Assembly (NCBI GenBank): GCA_964647125.1
Contig: CAZYFP010000001.1
Location: forward strand, 108,072-172,071
Origin: an uncultured Candidatus Saccharibacteria bacterium
GTDB taxonomy: Bacteria; Patescibacteriota; Saccharimonadia; Saccharimonadales; UBA4665
Reading direction: 5' to 3'
Length of the DNA: 64,000 nt
The first letter of the stretch is position 1. Each line of letters starts with the position of its first letter. Both the position numbers and the translations under genes were made by a program. The notes under the pieces are model-generated. The model was not told the origin of the DNA and searched no databases. It was given only the letters and a program-made list of their open reading frames with translations. Positions 8,176-17,906 of the stretch are shown here, one piece after another.

Positions 8176-8556
8176 ATGAGTGAGCAATGTCCATTTGCGG
8201 CAGACATTCGAGGATCGGTTGAGTTAGATCCCGGAGATCCTGGTTTTTCGTATGTGCCACAATCTTGTGTAGGTTGTCTTGAACTGCCGCTCAGGAATGC
8301 AGCCGAAAGTATTCCGCAAGAATACCTTGAAGAACTTGAGGAGGACTGCATGGACTTCATGTCTGACTCGGCTACCGCCACCACTGTTTTTGCATGGGCA
8401 AGGAATGCCGACAGTACTATCACGGTTACGCGCGAGTCACGTCAAGTCTGGATGCGGGGAGATGAAGAGGTGTCCATTGAGTATCATAGTCGGCGAACGG
8501 CGAAAATTGTATGTGAAAAAGAAGTTCAATTAGCACTCTGGGTTGACGAGTGCTAA
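8176..8556 (+). CDS. hypothetical acidic Cys-containing protein (126 aa)
   Basis: TGcTATAAT lies 6 nt upstream of the ATG. The protein has one CxxC (SCVGC) and an acidic centre, and its stop codon is the last triplet of the CIRCE right arm. Confidence 0.5.
   Translation: MSEQCPFAADIRGSVELDPGDPGFSYVPQSCVGCLELPLRNAAESIPQEYLEELEEDCMDFMSDSATATTVFAWARNADSTITVTRESRQVWMRGDEEVSIEYHSRRTAKIVCEKEVQLALWVDEC
8530..8556. promoter_or_regulatory. CIRCE element (HrcA operator consensus) upstream of clpC
   Basis: Exact TTAGCACTC-N9-GAGTGCTAA with N9 = TGGGTTGAC. It is identical to the copy at 29234-29260. Confidence 0.85.
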
Positions 8557-8572
8557 TTTGTGATGATACTAT
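8543..8572 (+). promoter_or_regulatory. sigma70-like promoter embedded in CIRCE (clpC)
   Basis: TTGACG (8543-8548, in the CIRCE loop and right arm), 18 nt spacer, TACTAT (8567-8572). Confidence 0.5.
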
Positions 8573-8661
8573 TTAGTTAGTAGCTTTTCTGGACTTCAAA
8601 AGTAGATATCTTACAGAAGTTTCTCAGGAAAGAACGCTACAATACTAGTGTTACTCGAAAG

Positions 8662-11163
8662 GTGGCCCACAAGATGTTACCAAACTCCTCAGATTTCCAA
8701 GATTTTTTGAATCATCTCACTAACAATGCATTGCAAAGCATTAAGCATGCCGATGCAATCGCGCGCAGCTTTGGTAGTGCGTATGTTGGCACAGAACACC
8801 TACTGCTCGGTGTGCTGGCACAAGAAACGAGCATGGGTTCAAAGATTCTTGAGGGCGCGGGTGTAACATTAGATCGCGCGCGTTTAGCACTAAACATGAA
8901 CCCTAAAACGCTCGTCATCAATATGGGTGCCAAAGGCCTAAGTGAGGCGGCCAAGCTTACTTTACGCATGGCGTATGATGTTGCGCAGGACTATGGCCAA
9001 GAATACTGTGGCACCGAGCACATTCTCTACAGCATACTGAGTCAAAAAAATGCCAGTGCTACTAAGCTACTGCGCGGTATGAATGTGGATGTCGATACAC
9101 TCGTCAGTGAACTCGAACAATTTTTGAATCGTCAGCAGTACGAAGAAGACGCTGAGGGTGACATGCCTGGAGGCGGTCGCAAAACAGCCACCAAAAAAGC
9201 CCGTAAAACTGCTCTAGATACCTACGGCACTGATCTGACTGCGGAGGCCAAAGCTGGCAAGCTTGATCCGGTAGTTGGCCGCGAGAATCAGATTCGGCGC
9301 CTGGTAACTATCCTGAACCGCCGCACCAAAAATAACCCAGTGCTGATTGGTGAACCAGGGGTCGGCAAAACGGCTATTGTTGAAGGACTTGCCCAGCGCA
9401 TAATTGCTGAGGACGTACCAGACACCTTGCTTGATAAGCGCATCGTCATGCTGGACCTTGCTGGCATGATTGCCGGTACCAAGTACCGTGGTGAATTTGA
9501 AGAACGACTGAAGAAAGTCATGGGCGAGCTAGAGAAAGACAGCAAGACCGTTGTGTTTATCGATGAGCTGCACTTAATAGTTGGTGCCGGAGCTGCCGAA
9601 GGGGCTATGGATGCTGGCAACATTCTGAAGCCAGCACTCGCACGAGGGAAAATACAGCTGATTGGTGCCACGACTACTGATGAATATACCAAGCACATCG
9701 AAAAAGATTCTGCCCTCGAGCGTCGTTTCCAGCCAATTCAAGTACCCGAAACGACCAAAGGCGAGACATTGGCCATTTTGAAGGGCCTCCGAAAGCATTA
9801 CGAAAAATTCCACGGTGTAAAAATTAGCGATGAAGTGCTGGCAGACACCGTGACACTGGCGGCTCGCTACATAAATGACCGCTTTATGCCTGACAAAGCG
9901 ATTGATCTACTGGATGAAACTGCCGCTCACCTTCGAGTCGACAAGGGCAAGACCAATCCAGAAGTTCGCCGCTTGCAAAAAGAATTAAAGCTGACAAATG
10001 CCCGAATTGACGAAGCAGTTGATGCGGAAGATTACGAGCGCGCAGCTCGCTCAAAAACTCGCGCTAGCCAGATCAAGGAAGAACTAGAAGCGTTACATAA
10101 AACAAATAAAACAGTAAAGCGCCTGACGCTTACCAGCGAAGACATAGCTGACGTGGTAGCCCGGATTACCGGTGTGCCAGTCAAAAAGGTGATTCGGTCT
10201 GAAGCGAAGTATTTGCTAAACCTGGAAAAAAACATTGGCAAACACGTCATTGGCCAAGAAGAAGCAGTCGCTGCCGTGTCACGCGCTATCAGACGTAATC
10301 GTGTAGGTATTGGTAGCGAAAGTCGTCCCATTGGCTCGTTCATATTCCTAGGACCAACCGGTGTTGGTAAAACAGAGCTTGCCAAGGTACTTGCCCGTGA
10401 ATTTTTTGGCAGTGAAAAGAATCTAGTCAAAATAGACATGAGCGAATTCGGCGAACATCACAATGTTTCGCGACTGGTGGGTGCACCAGCTGGCTACGTC
10501 GGTTATGACGACGGCGGTCAGTTAACTGATAAAATCCGTCGCCAGCCGTACAGTTTGGTGTTGTTTGATGAGATCGAAAAGGCACATCCAGACGTGTTTA
10601 ATATGCTACTGCAAGTACTCGAGGATGGTCATTTAACTGACGCCAAGGGTCGAAAAATTGACTTCACGAACACGATCATCATCATGACCAGTAATATTGG
10701 GGCAGACAAACTACAGAAGGAAGCAAGTCTTGGGTTTAGCGCTGTGCGCACGACTGACCTGAATGATCTCGATGCATTGCATGCACAGAACAAAGAAAAG
10801 GTGATGGATCAGCTGAAAAAGGAGCTGCGTCCGGAGCTGCTCAACCGTATTGATAAAACGGTGGTCTTCCGTGCTCTAACTAAGAAAGATATCTACAAAA
10901 TAATTGACCTACAGGTTGATGAGCTACGGACACGACTACAAAAGCGTGGTTTGAGTGTTCAGCTGACACCTGCCGCCAAGAGTTATTTGCTCGAAAACGG
11001 TTATGATGCCAAAAATGGCGTCCGGCCACTGCGTAGATTAATTCAGGACACGATTGAAGATAAAGTTGCGCTCGACCTGCTCGATGAAAAATATTTGAAG
11101 GGTGATATCATACAGGTAGCAGCCAAAAACGGCGCACTATCGTATGCGACAACAACCGAATAA
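8662..11163 (+). CDS. clpC: ATP-dependent Clp protease ATP-binding subunit ClpC-type (class I AAA+)
   Basis: Duplicated Clp-N repeats ([10 protein letters not shown] / [10 protein letters not shown]), two Walker A motifs ([15 protein letters not shown]; [15 protein letters not shown]), and a UVR-like linker ([25 protein letters not shown]). The more likely start is ATG 8674, which has AAGGTGG 9 nt upstream. Confidence 0.9.
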   Translation: MAHKMLPNSSDFQDFLNHLTNNALQSIKHADAIARSFGSAYVGTEHLLLGVLAQETSMGSKILEGAGVTLDRARLALNMNPKTLVINMGAKGLSEAAKLTLRMAYDVAQDYGQEYCGTEHILYSILSQKNASATKLLRGMNVDVDTLVSELEQFLNRQQYEEDAEGDMPGGGRKTATKKARKTALDTYGTDLTAEAKAGKLDPVVGRENQIRRLVTILNRRTKNNPVLIGEPGVGKTAIVEGLAQRIIAEDVPDTLLDKRIVMLDLAGMIAGTKYRGEFEERLKKVMGELEKDSKTVVFIDELHLIVGAGAAEGAMDAGNILKPALARGKIQLIGATTTDEYTKHIEKDSALERRFQPIQVPETTKGETLAILKGLRKHYEKFHGVKISDEVLADTVTLAARYINDRFMPDKAIDLLDETAAHLRVDKGKTNPEVRRLQKELKLTNARIDEAVDAEDYERAARSKTRASQIKEELEALHKTNKTVKRLTLTSEDIADVVARITGVPVKKVIRSEAKYLLNLEKNIGKHVIGQEEAVAAVSRAIRRNRVGIGSESRPIGSFIFLGPTGVGKTELAKVLAREFFGSEKNLVKIDMSEFGEHHNVSRLVGAPAGYVGYDDGGQLTDKIRRQPYSLVLFDEIEKAHPDVFNMLLQVLEDGHLTDAKGRKIDFTNTIIIMTSNIGADKLQKEASLGFSAVRTTDLNDLDALHAQNKEKVMDQLKKELRPELLNRIDKTVVFRALTKKDIYKIIDLQVDELRTRLQKRGLSVQLTPAAKSYLLENGYDAKNGVRPLRRLIQDTIEDKVALDLLDEKYLKGDIIQVAAKNGALSYATTTE

Positions 11164-12172
11164 CATTCCTAGTTTCAGTCCAGAATCTTCTGAACCACGC
11201 GGTCGCGTGTGGTTGGGCCGCTTCTTCTTGCTGGTATTGCTATCGCTAGTAGCTGGAGTATTTTGGCAGCGCCAAGCCATACGAGACTGGATACAGCTGT
11301 ACGGCTACGAACCTCCAGCGAATATTGCAAGTCTCGCAAAACAGACGACCATGACCGACAAGGCCGAGCACTTGTTTTACCTCAACAAACCCATTGTCGC
11401 TAGCAAGAGTGCTTTCGCAAATTACTGCACAAATCAGGAGCAAACAATAGTACTTGGCTGTTACCACAGTGGCCAGGACGGCATATTTATTTTGCAGATT
11501 GCTGCCAATTCGGAACTGGGTGGTGTCATGCAGGTAACGGCTGCCCATGAAATGCTGCATGCTGCCTACGAGCGCTTGGCGCCAGATGAAAAAAACCGAC
11601 TGAACGAGTTGCTTCAAAATTTTTACGACAGTGGGCTCAAGGATAAAGCTATTAAAAGCGAAGTAGATGCCTATCGAAAAACTGAGCCTGGTCAGTTGCT
11701 TAATGAGATGCATTCAATATTTGGTACCGAAGTCGCCAAGCTGCCGAGTGCTTTGCAGCGCTACTACGGACAGTATTTTACCAACCGCAGCAGTGTAGTT
11801 ATTCAGGCGGAACGTTATCAGTCTGCCTTTCGAAAACGAGAACTCGCTGTGAAGAGGTATGATCAGCAATTAACTAACTTGCAGGCTGTTATAGACAGTA
11901 ATCAGGGTGTATTAACGGCCAAAGCCGCTCAGCTCCAGACTGCTCGGTTGCAGCTAGAAAAGGATAGAGCATCTGGTAATATTTCGGCCTACAACGCGGC
12001 CGTACCAGCCTACAATCAGGCTGTGCGCAGCTACAATAGCTTGCTTGAAACCACCAAGCGACAAATTGTGCAATTCAATACAATTGTGACTAAGCGAAAT
12101 GCTTTGGTTGTAGAAGAGCAAGATCTGGTAAAACAGCTGAGTGGTGACTCGCTACCCGCAGCTCAACAATAA
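11144..12172 (+). CDS. hypothetical membrane-anchored protein with HExxH motif and coiled-coil C-terminal half
   Basis: N-terminal TM segment (FFLLVLLSLVAGVFW), AAHEMLHAAY, and a Gln/Ala-rich heptad-like C-terminus. It overlaps the clpC end by 20 nt. Confidence 0.6.
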   Translation: MRQQPNNIPSFSPESSEPRGRVWLGRFFLLVLLSLVAGVFWQRQAIRDWIQLYGYEPPANIASLAKQTTMTDKAEHLFYLNKPIVASKSAFANYCTNQEQTIVLGCYHSGQDGIFILQIAANSELGGVMQVTAAHEMLHAAYERLAPDEKNRLNELLQNFYDSGLKDKAIKSEVDAYRKTEPGQLLNEMHSIFGTEVAKLPSALQRYYGQYFTNRSSVVIQAERYQSAFRKRELAVKRYDQQLTNLQAVIDSNQGVLTAKAAQLQTARLQLEKDRASGNISAYNAAVPAYNQAVRSYNSLLETTKRQIVQFNTIVTKRNALVVEEQDLVKQLSGDSLPAAQQ

Positions 12173-12198
12173 GTGCGAAATGGTACACTGGTAGTATT

Positions 12199-13554
12199 AT
12201 GGCGAAAAAACCTGCAGTTCGATATGTCTGTACAAATTGTGGAGCGATGCAGTCTAGCTGGGCCGGGCGTTGCTCGCAGTGTAATGAGTGGAATACGTTG
12301 CAAGAAGAGGCAATGCTGGTTACTTCGGTTTCCGGTAAAGTCAGTCATGGCAGAAGCTTGCAGACGGGCAGTGTTAGTTCGTCAGTTGCACATGATCAAC
12401 AACGCATCTCAACTGGCATTGCAGATGTAGATGCAGTGCTGGGCGGTGGTATTGTACCTGGCAGTGTCACGCTGATAGCCGGGCAACCTGGCATTGGCAA
12501 GAGTACGCTGCTGTTGCAGCTGGCCTACGCTGCTGCGGCAAAGGTGCCAGTTTTGTATGTGAGCGGTGAAGAGTCCGCTCATCAAGTTGGCTTGAGAGCA
12601 GAACGGCTTGGCACGCAGCGTGAGCAGCTGCAGATTGCCACCAGTACGTCAGCAGATGATGTGGCGGCAACCTTAGCGGCGGGGGAGGCCAAGCTACTGA
12701 TTGTCGACTCTATTCAGACTATGAGTGCCGATGCGGTTGCGAGTGCGGCTGGCAGTATTTCGCAGATTACCAACAGTACAAATCTTATTACATCTGCAGC
12801 CAAGCGCAGCGATACGGCCGTCTTCCTTGTCGGGCATGTTACCAAAGAAGGCACTATCGCCGGACCAAAAGTCATGGAGCACATGGTAGACGTGGTGTTG
12901 CAGCTAGAGGGCGATCAGTATGGCGGTTTTAAGATCCTACGCGCCAGCAAGAACCGTTATGGTGCCACGACTGAATCGGCTATTTTTGAGATGGAAGATA
13001 CCGGTCTAAAAATTGTTGAAAATCCGTCCGCTACGCTTTTGGCAGAGCGCCAGATAACGGACGGCTCTGTTGTACTTGCGACGCTTGAGGGTACTCGCCC
13101 GCTCCTTGTTGAAGTGCAAGCCCTGGTAAATAAAACTAGCTATGGCTATCCGAAACGTGCCGCCAGTGGCCTCGAGCTAAATCGGTTAAACCTACTGGTG
13201 GCCATGCTAGAACGGCGCACAAAATTAAACTTGTCTGACCAGGATATTTACATCAATATCGTTGGTGGTATTCGCGTTAACGATCCGGCGGCCGATCTGG
13301 CAATCTGTCTAGCAATCGGTTCGGCAGCAAAAGGACTCAAGCTCCATGACAATGCAGTGGTATTTGGCGAGGTTGGCCTAAGTGGGGAAATTCGTCACGT
13401 ACCCTATGCCGAAAAGCGTATAGCCGAAGCTAAAAAGCTTGGCTACACCATGGCAATTGGACCGAAACTACGGAGTAGCAAAGCCGTGGCTGGACTCAAG
13501 AGTGTTAGCTCGGTTCGAGAAGCCCTCAATACATTCTTGGAAAAAGACAGCTAG
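12199..13554 (+). CDS. radA: DNA repair protein RadA/Sms
   Basis: Zinc ribbon CTNCGAMQSSWAGRCSQCNEWNT, Walker A GQPGIGKSTLLLQ, the KNRYG motif, and a Lon-like C-terminal domain. Confidence 0.93.
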   Translation: MAKKPAVRYVCTNCGAMQSSWAGRCSQCNEWNTLQEEAMLVTSVSGKVSHGRSLQTGSVSSSVAHDQQRISTGIADVDAVLGGGIVPGSVTLIAGQPGIGKSTLLLQLAYAAAAKVPVLYVSGEESAHQVGLRAERLGTQREQLQIATSTSADDVAATLAAGEAKLLIVDSIQTMSADAVASAAGSISQITNSTNLITSAAKRSDTAVFLVGHVTKEGTIAGPKVMEHMVDVVLQLEGDQYGGFKILRASKNRYGATTESAIFEMEDTGLKIVENPSATLLAERQITDGSVVLATLEGTRPLLVEVQALVNKTSYGYPKRAASGLELNRLNLLVAMLERRTKLNLSDQDIYINIVGGIRVNDPAADLAICLAIGSAAKGLKLHDNAVVFGEVGLSGEIRHVPYAEKRIAEAKKLGYTMAIGPKLRSSKAVAGLKSVSSVREALNTFLEKDS

Positions 13555-13560
13555 GCCTCG

Positions 13561-13592
13561 CGAGCTAGTTGCAGTACTGCAAGCATAGCTCG
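13561..13592. terminator. hairpin between convergent radA and PBP genes (possible bidirectional terminator)
   Basis: CGAGCTA...TTGCAG-TA-CTGCAA...TAGCTCG nested inverted repeat. There is no clear U-tract. Confidence 0.4.
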
Positions 13593-13641
13593 TGAGTCTC
13601 GGTGCTATTCGGCTGCTTTAATGCCGTTTATGCCCACGCCT

Positions 13642-16476
13642 TCATAGCGCAGGGTCTGGCGTAACCGGAGCATCTGCATGTTCAGTCGTCATTGATCCAC
13701 TAGCTGATCCTTGGTACAGGACGCTGTCAGTGATAGTTGCAGACAAGCTGACTGAACCGGTGCTCGTTGGTTTGTAGCTAACCAATACATTAATTGAGCT
13801 GCCAGGCGATGCTGAAGGTGATGCTGTTTTTATAGTTTTTCCGTTGATTTTGATGATGAGTGAAGATTTAAAATCTTTACTGGAAAGAGGATGAGATCCA
13901 GCTGTGACGAGTATGTTTATGGTGCAGTCTTCATCTTTACAGACGGGGATAGATGTAAATTCAACCCTAGGTTTGCTGTCGTCACAGTTGTGAACGTCAT
14001 CACTGCCCGTGTAGCTTGCTGCGCTACCACCAGCCACAAATGTATCAACAGAGAAGGTATTAGCATTACCGCCAGTTACCAGCATCTTGGCCGTACTTGG
14101 CGTACAGCCAGTGGCTAGCTTGTTAGATACCTTGTCGATAGTTACCGAGCTGTAAGCGGTACTGCTCTTGGGCTTGTAATTGGCAGGGAATAGATCTTTG
14201 TAAGGACTTGGGAAGATTGCACCAGTACCAAAGCCGCTACGCATGACGTATGCCGGTAGTGTCTTGACGGTAGACGGCCGTTTCCAATCTACTGGCTTGA
14301 GACCTTCGTGTGCTTTTGACATCCAGTTGGTGATGATTGGGCGGGTTAATAGCTCCATCGATCCATTAAGTGCCCGGTTGCGGGTGTGATAGCCAACCCA
14401 CGTAACGGCAGCGTATTTGGTGGACCAGCTAGCCATAAGGCCATCCAGGTTGTCGTTGGTGGTACCAGTTTTGACCGCAAACTTCCAACCGCTTGATTGA
14501 TGCTGGAATTTACGAGGAGCACGAATGTAACTAGCTCGAGGATCCTGCAGAATGTCAGTCACAATATAGGCTGAGTCTTTACTGACAACTTGCTTACCCT
14601 TTGGTTGCTGCCACTTGTAAAGTGTCTTTCCGGCCGCATCAGTGATTTGTTTGATGTAGGTCTTAGGAATGTAGCTACCTTGGCGAGAAATTGTAGCCAG
14701 GCCATTGACGTGCTCGTCGAGGTGTAGGTAGGCACCATCACCGATAGCTGATGCACCATAACAAGGTGCTTCGCGGCTTAGCTTCACGTCGTAGTAACAA
14801 TTGTAACCAAAGCCATCAGAGCTGCTGCTGCCGCCGTTCATCATCTTTTCTGCTGTCTTGATTACCTTTTCGGTGCCCACCATGAGGTTGGCTTTTACGG
14901 CTGGCACGTTACGGGATCCGGCTAGAGCATAACGTAGTGTCATTGCGCCAGGGTATACAAAATCGTAATCCCATAAACAGTGTGTTGCTGGATCGGCATA
15001 CTTAGGTCGACGCTTGTCGATACATGGATAGCCTGGCAGTTTTGCTTGATTGTCGTAAATTACTGAGCCAGCTCCAGCGCCAGTTTCGTTTATGAAGGCG
15101 GTGTAATCATATGCCTTAAAGTTTGAACCTGGCGGCAAGGGAGTTCGGGCATAGTTAATTTTGCCGTATTCCTCATTGCTGAAGTTGGTGCCCCCAACGA
15201 GCGATACGATCTGTCCAGTCTTTACGTCTTCGGCTACGAACGCCGCGGTGTCACCGCCAGCGGACTTAATAAGGGGCAGGTCATTGCGCACTTGTTTTTC
15301 GGCTTCCTTTTGTAGCTTGAGATCAAGCGTGGTGATGACTTTCCAGCCGCCACGTTGCACGGTCTCGGAGCCGTATTTTTTCTCAAGTTGCTGCTTGGCG
15401 GATAGCACGAAATAAGGAGCACGAATACCGTTGTACTTAGACTTTAATGGGTGAATTTGCTTAAGGATATCGACAGCCTTGGCATCTTTGGCTTCTTTTT
15501 TGGTGATATAGCCTTGCTTGGCCATTTGGTCGAGTATGTAACTTTGGCGTGACAGAATTGTTTCACGACCAAAGCCATCGGTACCCGTGACGGCACTGTT
15601 CCATTCGCTACTACTATATGGTGAGTAATAACTTGGAGACTTTGGAATACCGGCCAAAAATGACGCCTGGGCTAGCGTTAGGTCCTTGGCTGAAACATCG
15701 AAGTAATCTCGAGCAGCAACTTCAACACCATTTTCAATTCCACCGTAAGGCGCAGCATTCAGGTAGCCAGTTAAGATGTCGTCTTTGGAGTATTCTCGCT
15801 CCAGCTCAACCGCCAATATCAGCTCTTTAACTTTACGAGTTAGGGTACGATTGTTAGTCCATTGTTCATTTAGCTTCACCAGCTGCTGAGAAATAGTTGA
15901 ACCACCCTGGACAGGGCCCTTACCAAGTACGTCATTCAGCCCGGCGCGTACAATACCGCGCACGTCAAAGGCTCCGTGCTTGTAGAAGTCTTTATCTTCA
16001 ATAGCAACAGTGGCTTGCTTCATGTATGGAGATATTTGATCACCGTCAACGGGGATACGCTTTACGGCATCGTAGTCTTGCCACAGCACTGTTTTACCGG
16101 TTTTGTCGTAGTAGGTAATACTGCCACCAAGGTTGTCGCCAGCTACGCCTTTAATTTTAGGTAAGTCTTTACGGAAGTAGGCGAACACTCCAATGACTAA
16201 GAAGAAACAGACGATAATACCAATACCGGTAATCTTGAGAGACATAATGGCGCCTTCGCGGCTAAACCAGTAGGCTGCTAGGCGCTTGGGGTGCATACGG
16301 TAGGCCAGGCGCTTCCAGCGGTTTTTGGGCAACGTGCTCAGGTAGAGCGCACGCTTCATCGCGCGTTCTTGCTTGGTCGCCTTGCGACGATCGCTGAAGT
16401 TCTGGTTAAGTTTTATGTTGCTGCCTCTGCGGCCGGTTGGGCTGCGGCGTGCCGGACTCTTAGAAGTCTTTGCCAT
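13642..16476 (-). CDS. class A penicillin-binding protein (GT51 transglycosylase plus transpeptidase) with basic N-terminal tail and long C-terminal extension
   Basis: GT51 motifs AIEDKDFYKHGAFD and GGSTISQQLVK, a TM segment IIVCFFLVIGVFAYF, and transpeptidase-like SNFK and KTGTT motifs. 944 aa. Confidence 0.88.
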   Translation of the reverse strand: MAKTSKSPARRSPTGRRGSNIKLNQNFSDRRKATKQERAMKRALYLSTLPKNRWKRLAYRMHPKRLAAYWFSREGAIMSLKITGIGIIVCFFLVIGVFAYFRKDLPKIKGVAGDNLGGSITYYDKTGKTVLWQDYDAVKRIPVDGDQISPYMKQATVAIEDKDFYKHGAFDVRGIVRAGLNDVLGKGPVQGGSTISQQLVKLNEQWTNNRTLTRKVKELILAVELEREYSKDDILTGYLNAAPYGGIENGVEVAARDYFDVSAKDLTLAQASFLAGIPKSPSYYSPYSSSEWNSAVTGTDGFGRETILSRQSYILDQMAKQGYITKKEAKDAKAVDILKQIHPLKSKYNGIRAPYFVLSAKQQLEKKYGSETVQRGGWKVITTLDLKLQKEAEKQVRNDLPLIKSAGGDTAAFVAEDVKTGQIVSLVGGTNFSNEEYGKINYARTPLPPGSNFKAYDYTAFINETGAGAGSVIYDNQAKLPGYPCIDKRRPKYADPATHCLWDYDFVYPGAMTLRYALAGSRNVPAVKANLMVGTEKVIKTAEKMMNGGSSSSDGFGYNCYYDVKLSREAPCYGASAIGDGAYLHLDEHVNGLATISRQGSYIPKTYIKQITDAAGKTLYKWQQPKGKQVVSKDSAYIVTDILQDPRASYIRAPRKFQHQSSGWKFAVKTGTTNDNLDGLMASWSTKYAAVTWVGYHTRNRALNGSMELLTRPIITNWMSKAHEGLKPVDWKRPSTVKTLPAYVMRSGFGTGAIFPSPYKDLFPANYKPKSSTAYSSVTIDKVSNKLATGCTPSTAKMLVTGGNANTFSVDTFVAGGSAASYTGSDDVHNCDDSKPRVEFTSIPVCKDEDCTINILVTAGSHPLSSKDFKSSLIIKINGKTIKTASPSASPGSSINVLVSYKPTSTGSVSLSATITDSVLYQGSASGSMTTEHADAPVTPDPAL

Positions 16477-16635
16477 AACGTGATCTATTCTCCCTTTGTC
16501 AGTCGTTCACTATCGACTAATTATAGCAAAAAACCTCAAAATCAACGCCTATTTTGGCTATGCTTAGAGCCAGCTGAAAAACTCAGCTGTCTGAATAATT
16601 TACCTCTGACAGCTGGTGCGTTATACTGACCAGTA

Positions 16636-17874
16636 ATGAATTTATCACAAGAACTTACCTGGCGTGGCTTTGTAAACCAAACAACCTATCAAGATCCTGA
16701 GGCACTTAATGGTGAACCAATCACGTTTTACCTGGGTGTCGACCCGAGTGCCAGCAGCATGCAGGTTGGTAACTTGGCAGTTGTTATGATGGTGCGACAT
16801 TTCGTCCAACACGGCCACAAGGCAATTCTGCTGGTTGGCGGTGCGACTGGTATGATTGGCGATCCGGATGGTAAAAAGCAAGAACGTGATCTGTTAACGC
16901 TCGAGCAAATTGCTACCAATAAGAAGGGTATAGCTGCACAGTACAAGCAAATTTTGGGCGATTTGCCATTTGAGCTGGTCGATAATTACGATTGGTTCAA
17001 GGACTATAATTACCTCAATTTTCTGCGTGAAGTTGGCAAGCATGTACCAATGCGAACAATGCTTGGCCGTGATTTTGTACAGTCACGTTTAGGCGAAGAT
17101 GGTGCCGGTATTAGTTATGCCGAGTTTAGCTACAGCTTGATTCAGGGTTATGACTTCGTGCACTTGCACAAAGAAATGGGCGCTACGCTACAAATTTGTG
17201 GTGCTGATCAGTGGGGAAATAGTATTACGGGTGTAGACCTTATCCGTCGCCTCACGGGTAACGAAGCACATGTGTGGAGCGCGCCACTGGTTATTAATAA
17301 GTCCACGGGTATTAAGTTTGGCAAAACTGAGGGTGGTGCTATTTGGCTCGATGCTGCACAAACGAACCCGTATGATTTTTATCAATTTTGGCTTAATGTT
17401 GACGATGAAGGTGTAGAAGATTATCTCAAGCTTTACACATTACTTACCCCTGAGGAGCTTGAGGAGATAATGATTGAATTTACTCAAAATCGAGGCGCAC
17501 GCGCGGCTCAGAAACGTTTGGCGTATGAAGTAACCAAGATTGTGCACGGCCAACAAGTTGCTGAAGATGTAGTAAAGCTGACGCAGCTTTTGTTTAGCAA
17601 GGCTCAGATCGAGCCAGAAGACTACTCACTGATTGCTCGAGTGTTGCAGACAAAGCCAGTACGGCCAGAGGCCCAGCTGCTGGAAGTACTTGTGGAGTTT
17701 GGGTTAGCTAGCAGTAATACCGAAGCGCGTCGTTTTGTGAGCGAAGGTGCGGTTACGATAAACAATGACAAGCTCACACTAGATAAACAGACGCTATCGT
17801 CAGAAGATTTTCACAATGGGATTATTGTGATTCGCCGTGGTAAAAACTCTATTGCTGTCGGCGAGCTGCAGTAG
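16636..17874 (+). CDS. tyrS: tyrosine--tRNA ligase
   Basis: YLGVDPSASSMQVGNL (HIGH-region variant), GGATGMIGDP, KFGKTEGG (KMSKS-type loop), and a C-terminal S4-like domain. Confidence 0.92.
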   Translation: MNLSQELTWRGFVNQTTYQDPEALNGEPITFYLGVDPSASSMQVGNLAVVMMVRHFVQHGHKAILLVGGATGMIGDPDGKKQERDLLTLEQIATNKKGIAAQYKQILGDLPFELVDNYDWFKDYNYLNFLREVGKHVPMRTMLGRDFVQSRLGEDGAGISYAEFSYSLIQGYDFVHLHKEMGATLQICGADQWGNSITGVDLIRRLTGNEAHVWSAPLVINKSTGIKFGKTEGGAIWLDAAQTNPYDFYQFWLNVDDEGVEDYLKLYTLLTPEELEEIMIEFTQNRGARAAQKRLAYEVTKIVHGQQVAEDVVKLTQLLFSKAQIEPEDYSLIARVLQTKPVRPEAQLLEVLVEFGLASSNTEARRFVSEGAVTINNDKLTLDKQTLSSEDFHNGIIVIRRGKNSIAVGELQ

Positions 17875-17906
17875 CCGGGGCTGGCTGATCTTGCTACACT
17901 GACGCT

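Noticed and set aside
8400-8661. Looked for a CtsR operator (direct repeat of a GGTCAAA-type heptad) upstream of clpC and clpP.
   Set aside because: No such tandem heptad is present in either upstream region; only the CIRCE palindrome is.
16477-16635. Looked for T-box leaders upstream of tyrS, hisS and trpS.
   Set aside because: tyrS has only about 8 nt between its -10 box and the ATG. hisS overlaps the upstream gene. trpS has a spacer of about 25 nt. There is no room for a T-box of 200 nt or more, and no T-box sequence (AANNNGGGTGGTACCGCG-like) was seen.
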